Assembly: GCA_038883795.1 (NCBI GenBank)
Contig: JAVZLK010000011.1
Coordinates: 1-41,627 of the forward strand
From: Candidatus Bathyarchaeia archaeon
GTDB lineage: Archaea > Thermoproteota > Bathyarchaeia > Bathyarchaeales > Bathycorpusculaceae
Length of the DNA: 41,627 bases
Reading direction: 5' to 3'
Below the pieces are notes generated by a model. That model saw only the letters and a list, made by a program, of their open reading frames with translations, made no database searches and was not told the DNA's origin. A program made the position numbers and the translations under genes. Position 1 is the first letter of the stretch; the number at the start of each line of letters is the position of its first letter. Below are positions 18,038-26,823 of this stretch, piece by piece.

Positions 18038-18220
18038 ATGCCCAGAAAATGCATAGTGAAAGTCGTCCTAAGCAAGGAACAAAAAGAAATCCTAACAGAA
18101 CTCGCAAGAAGACTTGGAACAAGCGAAAGCGAAACCTTAAGAATGGCTCTAATGGACTACGCAAAAGAACTTAGCCTCATAAAGGAAAGAATGCACAGGC
18201 TGGGTAAACAATTATTTTAA
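18038..18220 (+). CDS. Ribbon-helix-helix (CopG-like) regulator
   Basis: VKVVLSKEQKEILTELARRLGTSESETLRMAL; divergent from the head operon. Confidence 0.8.
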   Translation: MPRKCIVKVVLSKEQKEILTELARRLGTSESETLRMALMDYAKELSLIKERMHRLGKQLF

Positions 18221-18353
18221 AAACTCTAATTCCAATTTCGACTCAGATTTTAGCCCGAAATCAGCGAAATCAATAATTAAATTTAAAAATCCAAAACCCT
18301 TTATTATCAACCAAGCCTCAACTACAAATATTCTCCTAAAGGAGCTTTCCTCA

Positions 18354-18686
18354 TTGAAGAGAAAAAGAGAAGCCTTCGAAACGCTTTTGCTCGAAGCTGT
18401 AGACGAAGCCTTAGCCTCCCTTGGAGACTCAGCGAGACAAGCTATATATTATCACCTTGAAGACAAATTTAAAATAACAAAAAAGGAAATTCCCAATCGC
18501 CTAAAAGACTTTACGGATGGGCTTGAAAAAATTTTTGGTTTAGGCGCCCGCTTCATAGAAATCCTCATAATGAAAAAGTTGTATGAAAAGATTGGGCACC
18601 CCCTCCAATGGAACGAAAGCAAAGAACTCGTATTTTTTGATTATGTGGCGGCAGCAAAACAAAGCTTCCAGAAAAAGAAAGCTTAA
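18354..18686 (+). CDS. DUF3227/NitrOD5-like archaeal signalling-associated protein
   Basis: LLEAVDEALASLG...IYYHL...F..GLEKIFG.GA..IE..I.KKLY pattern. Confidence 0.7.
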   Translation: MKRKREAFETLLLEAVDEALASLGDSARQAIYYHLEDKFKITKKEIPNRLKDFTDGLEKIFGLGARFIEILIMKKLYEKIGHPLQWNESKELVFFDYVAAAKQSFQKKKA

Positions 18687-18746
18687 TGGTAAAGTTTCGA
18701 GTTCTAAATTCAGATTCAGAGTTCACAAATATTTTATCAATGCATC

Positions 18747-19124
18747 ATGAATCTCTTCTTAAACCACATTCATCCCTCGAGGGAAACTCATTTGACTCAA
18801 AATAACTTTAGCAAAATTCTTTTATCAGCCATTGAAGAAAGCCTATCAGCCTTGGGGGACTCCCCAAAACAAGCCATCCTTTTCCATTTAGAGGCTTCCT
18901 TTAACCTAAAAAGGGAAAAAATTCCAACAAATCTAACGGAGTTCGCAAAAGCCCTAGAAGGAATTTTTGGACCGGGAGCTTCATACCTTGAAAGGCTTAT
19001 TGTAAAACGTCTTTACGAAAAGCTAGGCTTAGAATTTGAAGGCAGCACAGACACGGATTTTCTAAAATGCGTTGAAAACCTGAAGAAGCGAATATTGCTT
19101 GAAGGAGAATGCGTTATAAGATGA
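18747..19124 (+). CDS. DUF3227/NitrOD5-like protein (tandem paralog)
   Basis: Clearly similar to the upstream ORF; true start may be a later TTG. Confidence 0.7.
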   Translation: MNLFLNHIHPSRETHLTQNNFSKILLSAIEESLSALGDSPKQAILFHLEASFNLKREKIPTNLTEFAKALEGIFGPGASYLERLIVKRLYEKLGLEFEGSTDTDFLKCVENLKKRILLEGECVIR

Positions 19125-22100
19125 AGAAGAATAAAGTATGCAACGCTGAAGAAACACTTAGGCACATTCTTGAAAGTTTGAGCGCCCTCAGCGATGGAAT
19201 GGAAGAGGCAGTTTATGTTATAGACCCAGAAACTTTTGAAGTTCTTTTTGCCAATAACAAGACCAGAGAGCTTTTCGGCGAAGAAATCATAGGCGAAAAA
19301 TGTTATAGGGTTTTTGAAAAACTGAACCACCCATGCCCCTCATGTAATAATAGGCATGTCTTTGGAGAAAACCTTGGAAAAACCTATACCCGCAACTATC
19401 AAGATAAGAGGACAAAAAAGTGGTATAAGGTAACATGTAAAGCCATAAAGTGGCTTAAAGGCAAGTATGTTAAGTATGGAATAGCCATAGACATCACTGA
19501 ACAAAAGAAAATGGAGGAAGCCATAAAAAGCAACGAGGAACTCTTTCGCTCCATCGTTGAAAATTCCCATAATGCCATACTGCTTATAGATGAAAACTTT
19601 AAGATAATTTACGCCAACGATGAAGTTACTTCCTTAAGTGGCTGCCCAAAAGAGGAAATTGTTGGACAAGATTTTAGAAAGTTCCTTGATGAAGAAAGCA
19701 GGAGGCTTGTCGAGGAAAGATACCTTCGAAGACAGAAGGGTGAGTCCGTTCCTTCAAGATACGAATTTAAAATAGTTCGAAAAGATGGTGAGAAAAGGGA
19801 CGTTGAAATTAGAGCTGTTGTGGTACGAGATAAATGTGGAAAAATGCGTACAATAGCGCAGTTACTTGACATAACAGAGCGGAAGAGAATAGAAAAAGAA
19901 AGGAGACGTTTCGAAGAAAGACTTTCCACACTTAACAAGTATGGCCAAAGCTTGAACATGGCAAAGAATATGGAGGAACTTTACAAACTAACATTAGACG
20001 CTATGGAGAAGACATTGGGATTTGAATTCGCTGACATCTTCATAATAGAGGGGAAGATGCTCTGCCTAAAAGCTCATAGAGGATACTCAAAAGTTTTGTC
20101 ATTAAAACTGCCACTGGATGGAGAGAGAGGCGTAACTGTTAAGGCAGTAAAAACCAAAAAATCCATCATTGTCCCAGACGTCAGAAAAGAAAAGGCTTTC
20201 ATCGGCGAAGGCGCATTAGGCGTACTCTCAGAACTTGCAGTGCCAATGAAGGTAGGAAATAACGTTCTGGGCGTTTTGAATGTTGAAAGCAAAAAGCTTT
20301 CAGCCTTCGACAAGGAAGATAGAAAATTGTTAGAAATATTGGCTTCGCATGCTGCCACAGCCATAAGCAACCTAAAGAGACAGGAAAGGTTGTCAGCACT
20401 AAACGAGTATGGCAGAAACTTGAACATGGCAAAAAGCATGGATGAAATTTACAAGCTAACTTTGGATGCCATGGAAAAAACCTTAGGATTCGAGTATGCC
20501 TCCATTCTTATGGTAAGGGGAAAAATGCTTTGCATGGTGGCTCACAGAGGATACTCAAAAATTCCATCACTAAAATTACCCTTAGATGGAGAAAAGGGTA
20601 TAACAGTTAGAGCGGCAAGAACAAAACGGTCTGTTATCATTCCAGACGTCACAAAGGAAAAAGCCTACGTCAGAGGTGGAGAGGGAATACGCTCAGAACT
20701 CGCAGTGCCAATAAAGGTTGGAAAGAATGTTATAGGAGTTTTAAACGTTGAGAGCAAAAAAATTGCAGCCTTTGACAAAGAAGACAAGAAATTATTAGAA
20801 ACGTTGGCTTACCATGCAGCCACCGCTATAAGCAACCTGAAAAGGCGGGAACGACTGTTCACCCTCTCTAAAAAGTTAACGAATTTGATGAAAAGCTCCA
20901 CTGAAATCATGCACGTCAAAGATATGCACCAAAGACTGAAGGTTATAGCGAAAACTATACAAAATTTTGGATGGAGAAGGGTTGTAATCTCCCTCAGAGA
21001 CGAAAACTTGGAGGGAACAGACCTCGTAACAGTTGGCTTAACAAAAGAGGAAATAAAACTCCTACAAGAGAGGAAAGCACCAGGCCATGTTTGGAAGGAA
21101 AGGTTAGGACCAAAGTTTGAAAGGTTCAAAATAGGCGAGTTTTATTACCTTCCTTGGAGTGACCCTTGGATTCGGGAATACGTACATCATGTTCCACCTG
21201 AAGCATCTCCAGATGTGGCAACAACATATGCTGGAGTCCCCAGTAGGCTTTCGCCAGAAGAGATGGTTGACTGGCATCCACAGGACATGCTTTATGCGCC
21301 GCTTCGAACTCCAGAGGGGAGGATTGTTGGCATTTTAAGCATGGACGACCCAATAGATGGCCGAAAACCGACAAGAGAATCTCTAATCCCCTTAGAGCTT
21401 TTCTTGCATCAAGCCGCAATAACCATTGAAAACGCCCAACTCATCGAAAGCTTGAGAGAAGCGAGAAAACAGCTTGAAACTTATGCTTTGGAGCTTGAAA
21501 AGAAGGTTGAAGAAAGAACCCGAGAACTGAAGAAATCTCAGGAACAACTGCTTAAGGCTCAAAGGCTGGCAGTTATAGGCGAATTGGCTGGGATGGTGGG
21601 ACACGACCTTCGCAATCCTTTGACAAGCATCGCTGGGGCACAGTATTATTTGAAGAAGCGTTTGAGTTTAGAGGCTAATGATAGGATTAGGGATATGCTT
21701 GACCTAATAGAAAGGAACATAGCCTACTCGAATAAGATAATAAATGACCTTTTGGATTATTCAAGGGAGATAGAGCTTGAAATTTCTGAAAGCACCCCAA
21801 AGGAGTTGGTGAAAGAAGCCTTAAGGCTTGTGGAAATTCCAAAAAATGTGCAAGTTTTAGATTTAGCGAAAAACAAACCGAAAATAAGGGTTGACACTGA
21901 AAAGATTAGGCGTGTTTTTGTAAACCTGATTAGGAATGCTGTTGAAGCCATGCCAAAAGGCGGCAAAATAACAATAAAGAGCAGAGCGGTAGGCGAAAAT
22001 TTGGAGATGATTTTTGCTGACACTGGCATTGGCATGTCAAAGCAAACTTTGGAAAAACTTTGGACGCCCCTCTTCACAACAAAAGCCAAGGGAATGGGCT

Positions 22101-22285
22101 TCGGCTTAGCCATATGCAAACGCTTCGTGGAAGCCCACGGCGGCTCGATTTCTGTAAAAAGTGCCCTTGGAAAGGGCACAACCTTCACGGTAACCATCCC
22201 AATCCAACCAAAAATGAAAGAAGGAGGTGAAAAAGTATGGATGAAACCGCTAGAATCCTCATTGTTGACGACGACGAAAACATAA
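19109..22285 (+). CDS. Cytoplasmic sensor histidine kinase (PAS-PAS-GAF-GAF-GAF-HisKA-HATPase)
   Basis: H-box GHDLRNPL, N-box NLIRNA, DTGIG, LFTTK, GMGFGL; PAC motifs DITEQK and DITERK; no transmembrane segment. Confidence 0.95.
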   Translation: MRYKMKKNKVCNAEETLRHILESLSALSDGMEEAVYVIDPETFEVLFANNKTRELFGEEIIGEKCYRVFEKLNHPCPSCNNRHVFGENLGKTYTRNYQDKRTKKWYKVTCKAIKWLKGKYVKYGIAIDITEQKKMEEAIKSNEELFRSIVENSHNAILLIDENFKIIYANDEVTSLSGCPKEEIVGQDFRKFLDEESRRLVEERYLRRQKGESVPSRYEFKIVRKDGEKRDVEIRAVVVRDKCGKMRTIAQLLDITERKRIEKERRRFEERLSTLNKYGQSLNMAKNMEELYKLTLDAMEKTLGFEFADIFIIEGKMLCLKAHRGYSKVLSLKLPLDGERGVTVKAVKTKKSIIVPDVRKEKAFIGEGALGVLSELAVPMKVGNNVLGVLNVESKKLSAFDKEDRKLLEILASHAATAISNLKRQERLSALNEYGRNLNMAKSMDEIYKLTLDAMEKTLGFEYASILMVRGKMLCMVAHRGYSKIPSLKLPLDGEKGITVRAARTKRSVIIPDVTKEKAYVRGGEGIRSELAVPIKVGKNVIGVLNVESKKIAAFDKEDKKLLETLAYHAATAISNLKRRERLFTLSKKLTNLMKSSTEIMHVKDMHQRLKVIAKTIQNFGWRRVVISLRDENLEGTDLVTVGLTKEEIKLLQERKAPGHVWKERLGPKFERFKIGEFYYLPWSDPWIREYVHHVPPEASPDVATTYAGVPSRLSPEEMVDWHPQDMLYAPLRTPEGRIVGILSMDDPIDGRKPTRESLIPLELFLHQAAITIENAQLIESLREARKQLETYALELEKKVEERTRELKKSQEQLLKAQRLAVIGELAGMVGHDLRNPLTSIAGAQYYLKKRLSLEANDRIRDMLDLIERNIAYSNKIINDLLDYSREIELEISESTPKELVKEALRLVEIPKNVQVLDLAKNKPKIRVDTEKIRRVFVNLIRNAVEAMPKGGKITIKSRAVGENLEMIFADTGIGMSKQTLEKLWTPLFTTKAKGMGFGLAICKRFVEAHGGSISVKSALGKGTTFTVTIPIQPKMKEGGEKVWMKPLESSLLTTTKT
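19916..20848 (+). repeat. Tandem intragenic duplication of a GAF domain (468 + 465 bp)
   Basis: ERLSTLNKYGQSLNMAK...HAATAISNLKR is repeated as ERLSALNEYGRNLNMAK...HAATAISNLKR. Confidence 0.9.
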
Positions 22286-22710
22286 GAAAAGTTTTAACAA
22301 CAATTCTCGAAGAAGAAGGATACTGGGTTGAGTCGGTGGAAACAGCAAAAGCTGCCATAGAAAAAACAAAGAGAAAATACTATAACCTAGCCCTAATAGA
22401 CATTAGGCTTCCAGACATGGAAGGCATAGAACTCCTAACAAGAATGAAGGACACAACGCCAAAAATGCGAAAAGTCATCATCACGGGCTATCCAACACTG
22501 CAGAACGCCATAGAAGCCGTAAACAGGGGAGCAGACGCCTACATTGTGAAGCCTTTCGACATGGACAAAGTCTTAGCAACAATCAGAGAACAACTGCAAA
22601 AGCAAGCGAAAGAGAAAAGGTATAGCCAAGAGAAAGTCGCCGAATTCATAGAAACCAGAGTGAAGGAGTTAGAGATGGAAAAGAGAGCAGCTCCAGAGAA
22701 AAGCCACTAA
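22237..22710 (+). CDS. Response regulator receiver protein with short C-terminal helix
   Basis: ILIVDDD, LIDIRLPDMEG, ITG, KPFD. Confidence 0.95.
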   Translation: MDETARILIVDDDENIRKVLTTILEEEGYWVESVETAKAAIEKTKRKYYNLALIDIRLPDMEGIELLTRMKDTTPKMRKVIITGYPTLQNAIEAVNRGADAYIVKPFDMDKVLATIREQLQKQAKEKRYSQEKVAEFIETRVKELEMEKRAAPEKSH

Positions 22711-22748
22711 TTTTTCCAAAAATTTTCACGATTTTCATCTTTACTCTT

Positions 22749-23681
22749 TTAATAATTTTTCATATTTTCGTCTTTTACTGTTTTAGCAAAATTTTTCCGC
22801 ATAAACTTCCAGTGATGCCCCACCTTAAAGCCTAACTTTTGTAGAAGGGTTATAGATTGAATATTTTCCTCTGAAGTGTAAAGCGCCACAGAATCCATTC
22901 CCTTCGTATAGAGGAAGTTCATGGCTCGGCATGTTAAGGCTGACGCAAGATTTCTTCCTCTATATTCTGGGAGGGTGGCTGCTGGACCCAAATAGCCCCT
23001 TTTGCCATTAAAAAATTTGTTGTATTCTATGTCTGGTCTGGAAACCACAACAGAAACAATTTTGTTGTTAATTTCTGCCACGTGAATCCAATCCTCATTG
23101 AATGGGGGAGACTTCTTTTTCCACCTTTCAATACTGCCCATTGCGACTCTTTCGTGTCCGAATCCAGCGTTCACGGCTTCCACAAACTTTTCCTCCTCAT
23201 CTGGTTTTAAGCTTCGGAGAACTGTGCCTTCTGGAACTTTTGGGAGATGCGTTAACCTATCAAGCCTAGCCACCATGTGATATAAACCGCCTTCAGCTCT
23301 ATATCCCCTTTCAATCCACTCTTCAATTTCTCGGCTTTCAGCATCCACCGCCGTGAAAACTGTTTCGCCCTTAACTTGTTTCTCAATTTCGCTAATCAAG
23401 GCGTCTTTTACAAGTTTCTGATTTGAAACTTTGAAAACGGCAAGCCACTCTATTTCCTCTCCCCAATGCCCCTCATGATAAGCAGTGGAACCCAAAACTT
23501 CGCTGTTCTTTTCAGCCACCAAAACCGTAAGATTAGCCTCTTCAATCCGGGAAATAAGCGCATCCGCAGTGTAAGGGACAAACTCATATGAACCAGCATA
23601 CCTTTCATTGAGCAGTTTAACGAGGATTGGCAGGTCTTTGCTGTTAAAACTGCGAATTCGGATTGTCATGCTACTCTCCAT
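22749..23681 (-). CDS. Tandem-GNAT acetyltransferase
   Basis: TLPEYRGRNLA, N..SI.L.QKLGF; two-lobed 310-aa protein. Confidence 0.85.
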   Translation of the reverse strand: MESSMTIRIRSFNSKDLPILVKLLNERYAGSYEFVPYTADALISRIEEANLTVLVAEKNSEVLGSTAYHEGHWGEEIEWLAVFKVSNQKLVKDALISEIEKQVKGETVFTAVDAESREIEEWIERGYRAEGGLYHMVARLDRLTHLPKVPEGTVLRSLKPDEEEKFVEAVNAGFGHERVAMGSIERWKKKSPPFNEDWIHVAEINNKIVSVVVSRPDIEYNKFFNGKRGYLGPAATLPEYRGRNLASALTCRAMNFLYTKGMDSVALYTSEENIQSITLLQKLGFKVGHHWKFMRKNFAKTVKDENMKNY

Positions 23682-23755
23682 CTTTAACGAAGCGATTGAG
23701 TTATAATAAATATTTTAACCTTAGATATGCTTACTTCAGAGGAGGGTGCAGGGTT

Positions 23756-24271
23756 ATGAAGTGGGTGACTCGTGAATTTGTCTATGTTGACAGAACAGCA
23801 TGCCCATGGCTTATCAAAAAATATGTGGACCCAAAAGCTGAATTTATTTTTGTGCCAACAGAGAAAATTGCAGAAGTTGCGAAAAGTGAAGGAGCAATAC
23901 CCTTTGATGCGCCCGGTGTTAGGCTGGGACACAGAGATGGAAAGTGCAGTTTTGAAACCATAATTGAGGAGTACAAGATTAAGGACCCTGTTCTTCATGA
24001 ACTTGCAAAAATTGTCCATTCAGCAGACACGCACGACACAAGAGGGGCTATTGAAGGTTTCGGGTTAAGCGCTATAATGACTGGGGCAAGGTTTAATGTA
24101 GAAGATGATTTTGAGGCTGTTGAGAAGGCTGAATATGTTTATGATGCACTTTACAGCTACTGCAAGCTTAAGCTGCTCCGCGAAAAGTATAAGGATACGC
24201 TGGCAAAGATGGGTCAAAAACAGCAAAACGAGTTTTTGAAAGGGAAAATGCGTGAAGAGACTGTGGTTTAG
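23756..24271 (+). CDS. Chromate resistance ChrB-domain protein
   Basis: MKWVTR..VDR.ACPWLI...FD..G..LGH....CSFE; ATG 23756 behind GGAGG. Confidence 0.85.
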   Translation: MKWVTREFVYVDRTACPWLIKKYVDPKAEFIFVPTEKIAEVAKSEGAIPFDAPGVRLGHRDGKCSFETIIEEYKIKDPVLHELAKIVHSADTHDTRGAIEGFGLSAIMTGARFNVEDDFEAVEKAEYVYDALYSYCKLKLLREKYKDTLAKMGQKQQNEFLKGKMREETVV

Positions 24272-24282
24272 CTGGCTTATTC

Positions 24283-25485
24283 ATGGATTTTCATGTTAAA
24301 GATAGCGTTTTCTGGATAATTTGTATAATGGGCATGTTTGCAATCCTAAGCTCCACAATGTCAAAGAACCCAGTTTTAAAACCCTTCGCATCAAGCTTAG
24401 GAACCCCAGCAGAGTGGAGCGGTATCGTGGGCGCTGCATCAACGATTCCTGGAATACTAATTAGTTTGCCTGCAGCTTCACTATCAGATATTCTTGGAAG
24501 AAAAAAGTTCCTTTTTATTGCAGGCTTTGTTTTCGCCTCGGCGCCTTTTCTCTACATTCTAATAGTTGAATGGTGGCAGCTTATCATAGTCCGGTTTTAC
24601 CATGGATTTGCCACAGCAATTTTTGTTCCAGTTGCAGAAGCTTCAATAGCTGAAGCTTTTCCAACAAAAGTTGGGGAGAGAATTTCACTTTTCTCCTCTT
24701 CAACATATATTGGGAGGGGGATAGCCCCAATTTTAGGCGCCACGATACTAACCCTAACAAACAGCAACTTTCACATGCTTTACTTGGCTGTAGGCGTGAC
24801 TGGTTTAACCGCTCTAATCACTGCCATGCCATTTCTTATTCAAAGTAGAGAAAAAACCACCCGCCAAGAAAGAAGAGGAGACATCATCCCAAAAATGTTT
24901 CAAGGTTGGAGAATAACCCTCAGAAATCGTGCGGTTTTAACAGTCTGCCTAGTTCAAGCATGCCAATACTATGTTTATGGCGCTTTCGAATTTTATATGT
25001 CTGGCTATTTGAAGGAGTTTATAGGTTTTGATTGGCTTTTAACTGGCATTATAACAACAAGCCTCATAGCTGTTCCAATTTTTGCCAAACCTTACATGGG
25101 CAGAGTTTCAGATAAAATTGGAAGGCGAATTCCAATAGTGGTGGGCTGCATAATCAGCGGATTCCCCCTTTTAGCTATTCCATTTTCCCACCAATTTCCC
25201 ATTCTTCTTATACTTTCAGTTGCTTATGGAATTGGGTTCGCAACAGTAACGGCTTCAACGCCAGCATTAATCAGCGAGCTTACACCTAAGGAGTTTGTTG
25301 GAACAGCCATGGGTTTTCTTGACATGATAATGGACGTTGGGCAAACGATTGGACCGATAATTAGTGGATTAATATTCGCAACAAATCTGCAATATAGCGG
25401 CGTCTTTCCATCCTTCACTCTTGTACTGCTATTCTCGTGTGCAGCTTTCGTTTCGTCAAGAATTGGCATGAGAAAAGAACTTTAG
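24283..25485 (+). CDS. MFS transporter
   Basis: About 12 TM segments; SDILGRKK and GRVSDKIGRR motif A. Confidence 0.92.
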   Translation: MDFHVKDSVFWIICIMGMFAILSSTMSKNPVLKPFASSLGTPAEWSGIVGAASTIPGILISLPAASLSDILGRKKFLFIAGFVFASAPFLYILIVEWWQLIIVRFYHGFATAIFVPVAEASIAEAFPTKVGERISLFSSSTYIGRGIAPILGATILTLTNSNFHMLYLAVGVTGLTALITAMPFLIQSREKTTRQERRGDIIPKMFQGWRITLRNRAVLTVCLVQACQYYVYGAFEFYMSGYLKEFIGFDWLLTGIITTSLIAVPIFAKPYMGRVSDKIGRRIPIVVGCIISGFPLLAIPFSHQFPILLILSVAYGIGFATVTASTPALISELTPKEFVGTAMGFLDMIMDVGQTIGPIISGLIFATNLQYSGVFPSFTLVLLFSCAAFVSSRIGMRKEL

Positions 25486-25659
25486 TTTTATGGAAAATTT
25501 TAAACATTCAAACTAAAGCCAAAAAATGAAACCTTTTTCCTCAAAAAACCCTATTTTAGCATTTTCCGTTTTCTGCAATTATGTTTAATAAAAACATGTT
25601 TTCCCTAAAAGTTTAATTCAGTATTGCAGCATTCTTGTGGAAAGCGTTTAAATAAACAA

Positions 25660-25675
25660 ACTCTACATTTAGTGT
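25660..25675. promoter_or_regulatory. Putative NrdR box upstream of the Hjc-like gene
   Basis: ACTCTACATTTAGTGT is 13/16 identical to the palindrome at 26311 and lies just downstream of TTTAAATA (25647-25654). Confidence 0.55.
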
Positions 25676-25708
25676 CTACTTGGCGTGCTTACACGCTAGG
25701 AAAAAATC

Positions 25709-26026
25709 ATGGGAAAAGTTAAACATCCTTTCAAGTATGGAATAAGAAAAGAGCAGGTAGTTGCTGAAAGATTACGAAGGAAAGGTTATTCGGTAAAATT
25801 GTCAAAGGCTAGTAGAGGTGCTTCTGATATTAAGGTTCGAGGGCCAAAACGTTGGAATATTCAAGTAAAGGCATCTTTGTCTGGCAATAGGAGTTTGTCA
25901 TCATATGAAAGTCGAAGAATTAAAATTCAAGCTAGAAAAGAAAAAGCTATTCCAGTTTACGCTCAAGTCTGTGGACGGCATGTCACATTTAGGTCATTGC
26001 GAACTGGTAAGAGATTACGCCCTTGA
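25709..26026 (+). CDS. Hjc-like PD-(D/E)XK nuclease
   Basis: G..KE..VA..L..KGY.V....S.G..DI.....IQVK; 105 aa, very basic. Confidence 0.7.
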   Translation: MGKVKHPFKYGIRKEQVVAERLRRKGYSVKLSKASRGASDIKVRGPKRWNIQVKASLSGNRSLSSYESRRIKIQARKEKAIPVYAQVCGRHVTFRSLRTGKRLRP

Positions 26027-26310
26027 TAACTTTTTGTTCGAATTTCAACGAGCTATATTTGGATAATTTTTGAAATTAAGAACGTTTTAAATGATTATTA
26101 AGAAAAACTTCTTTCAAACATTTCTCCACGAATTTTAGAAATACAAATAAAACTTTAAAAAACGATACATGATTTTGTTAGATTATGCTTCATTCATGTT
26201 ACTCAAAAAGACAAAAAGCTAAAACATTTTCTATTTTGTTAAAATTTCGCTGAAAATGTATACAAATTCCATATATTTTCAGAAATCAGCTCTTTATGTT
26301 TTATATCTCC

Positions 26311-26326
26311 ACACTATATATAGTGT
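26311..26326. promoter_or_regulatory. NrdR box
   Basis: Perfect 16-bp palindrome ACACTATATATAGTGT matching the acaCwAtATaTwGtgt consensus, 50 bp upstream of nrdR. Confidence 0.88.
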
Positions 26327-26376
26327 CTGTACTAAGCTAAAAGAACACTATTGACATAAAGATAGGGGAAGAGCGC

Positions 26377-26823
26377 TTGAAGTGTCCATATTGCGGGTCT
26401 GAAAACATCAAAACCCTCGAAACAAGGGATTCGCCAGACAATACTGTTAGGAGAAGAAAGGAATGCAGCGAATGCGGAAAACGGTTTACAACTTATGAGT
26501 ATGTGGAAACCGTTGAGCTTATGGTTAGAAAGAAAAACGGTGAACTTGAGCGTTTTGACTTAAACAAGATTGTTAGGGGTTTGCAGAAAGCCTGCGAAAA
26601 GAGACCTGTGACAATGGAGCAAATTCAAGCTTTAGCGGAGCGTGTTAGGCAAGAGTTAACGATGATGGGCAAAACTGAAGTTTCTTCAAGAGAAATTGGA
26701 GATTTAGTTATGAAACACCTAAAAAATCTTGACCGTATCGCATACATTCGCTTTGCTTCCGTTTATAGGCAATTTGAAGAACCAGAAGATTTCCGCAAGG
26801 TAATTTTAGAGGTGAAAAAATGA
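26377..26823 (+). CDS. nrdR: Transcriptional repressor NrdR
   Basis: CPYC...RRRKEC..C..RFTTYE Zn ribbon, ATP cone, AYIRFASVY. Confidence 0.97.
   Translation: MKCPYCGSENIKTLETRDSPDNTVRRRKECSECGKRFTTYEYVETVELMVRKKNGELERFDLNKIVRGLQKACEKRPVTMEQIQALAERVRQELTMMGKTEVSSREIGDLVMKHLKNLDRIAYIRFASVYRQFEEPEDFRKVILEVKK

Noticed and set aside
17952-18174. ORFs 17952-18164(-) and 17968-18174(+)
   Set aside because: They overlap the better-supported RHH gene and have no recognisable features.
1-18350. Integrase, att sites or tRNA marking a provirus boundary
   Set aside because: None seen by eye at the right boundary; the left boundary lies outside the window, so a provirus cannot be fully excluded.
18221-18730. 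Short TTCAGA/TTCGA-like repeats upstream of both NitrOD5-like genes
   Set aside because: Too short and irregular to distinguish from chance; not CRISPR-like.
26030-26300. AT-rich intergenic stretch as replication origin, ncRNA or second NrdR box
   Set aside because: No ORB-like repeats, adjacent cdc6 or stable structure; only weak partial box matches.
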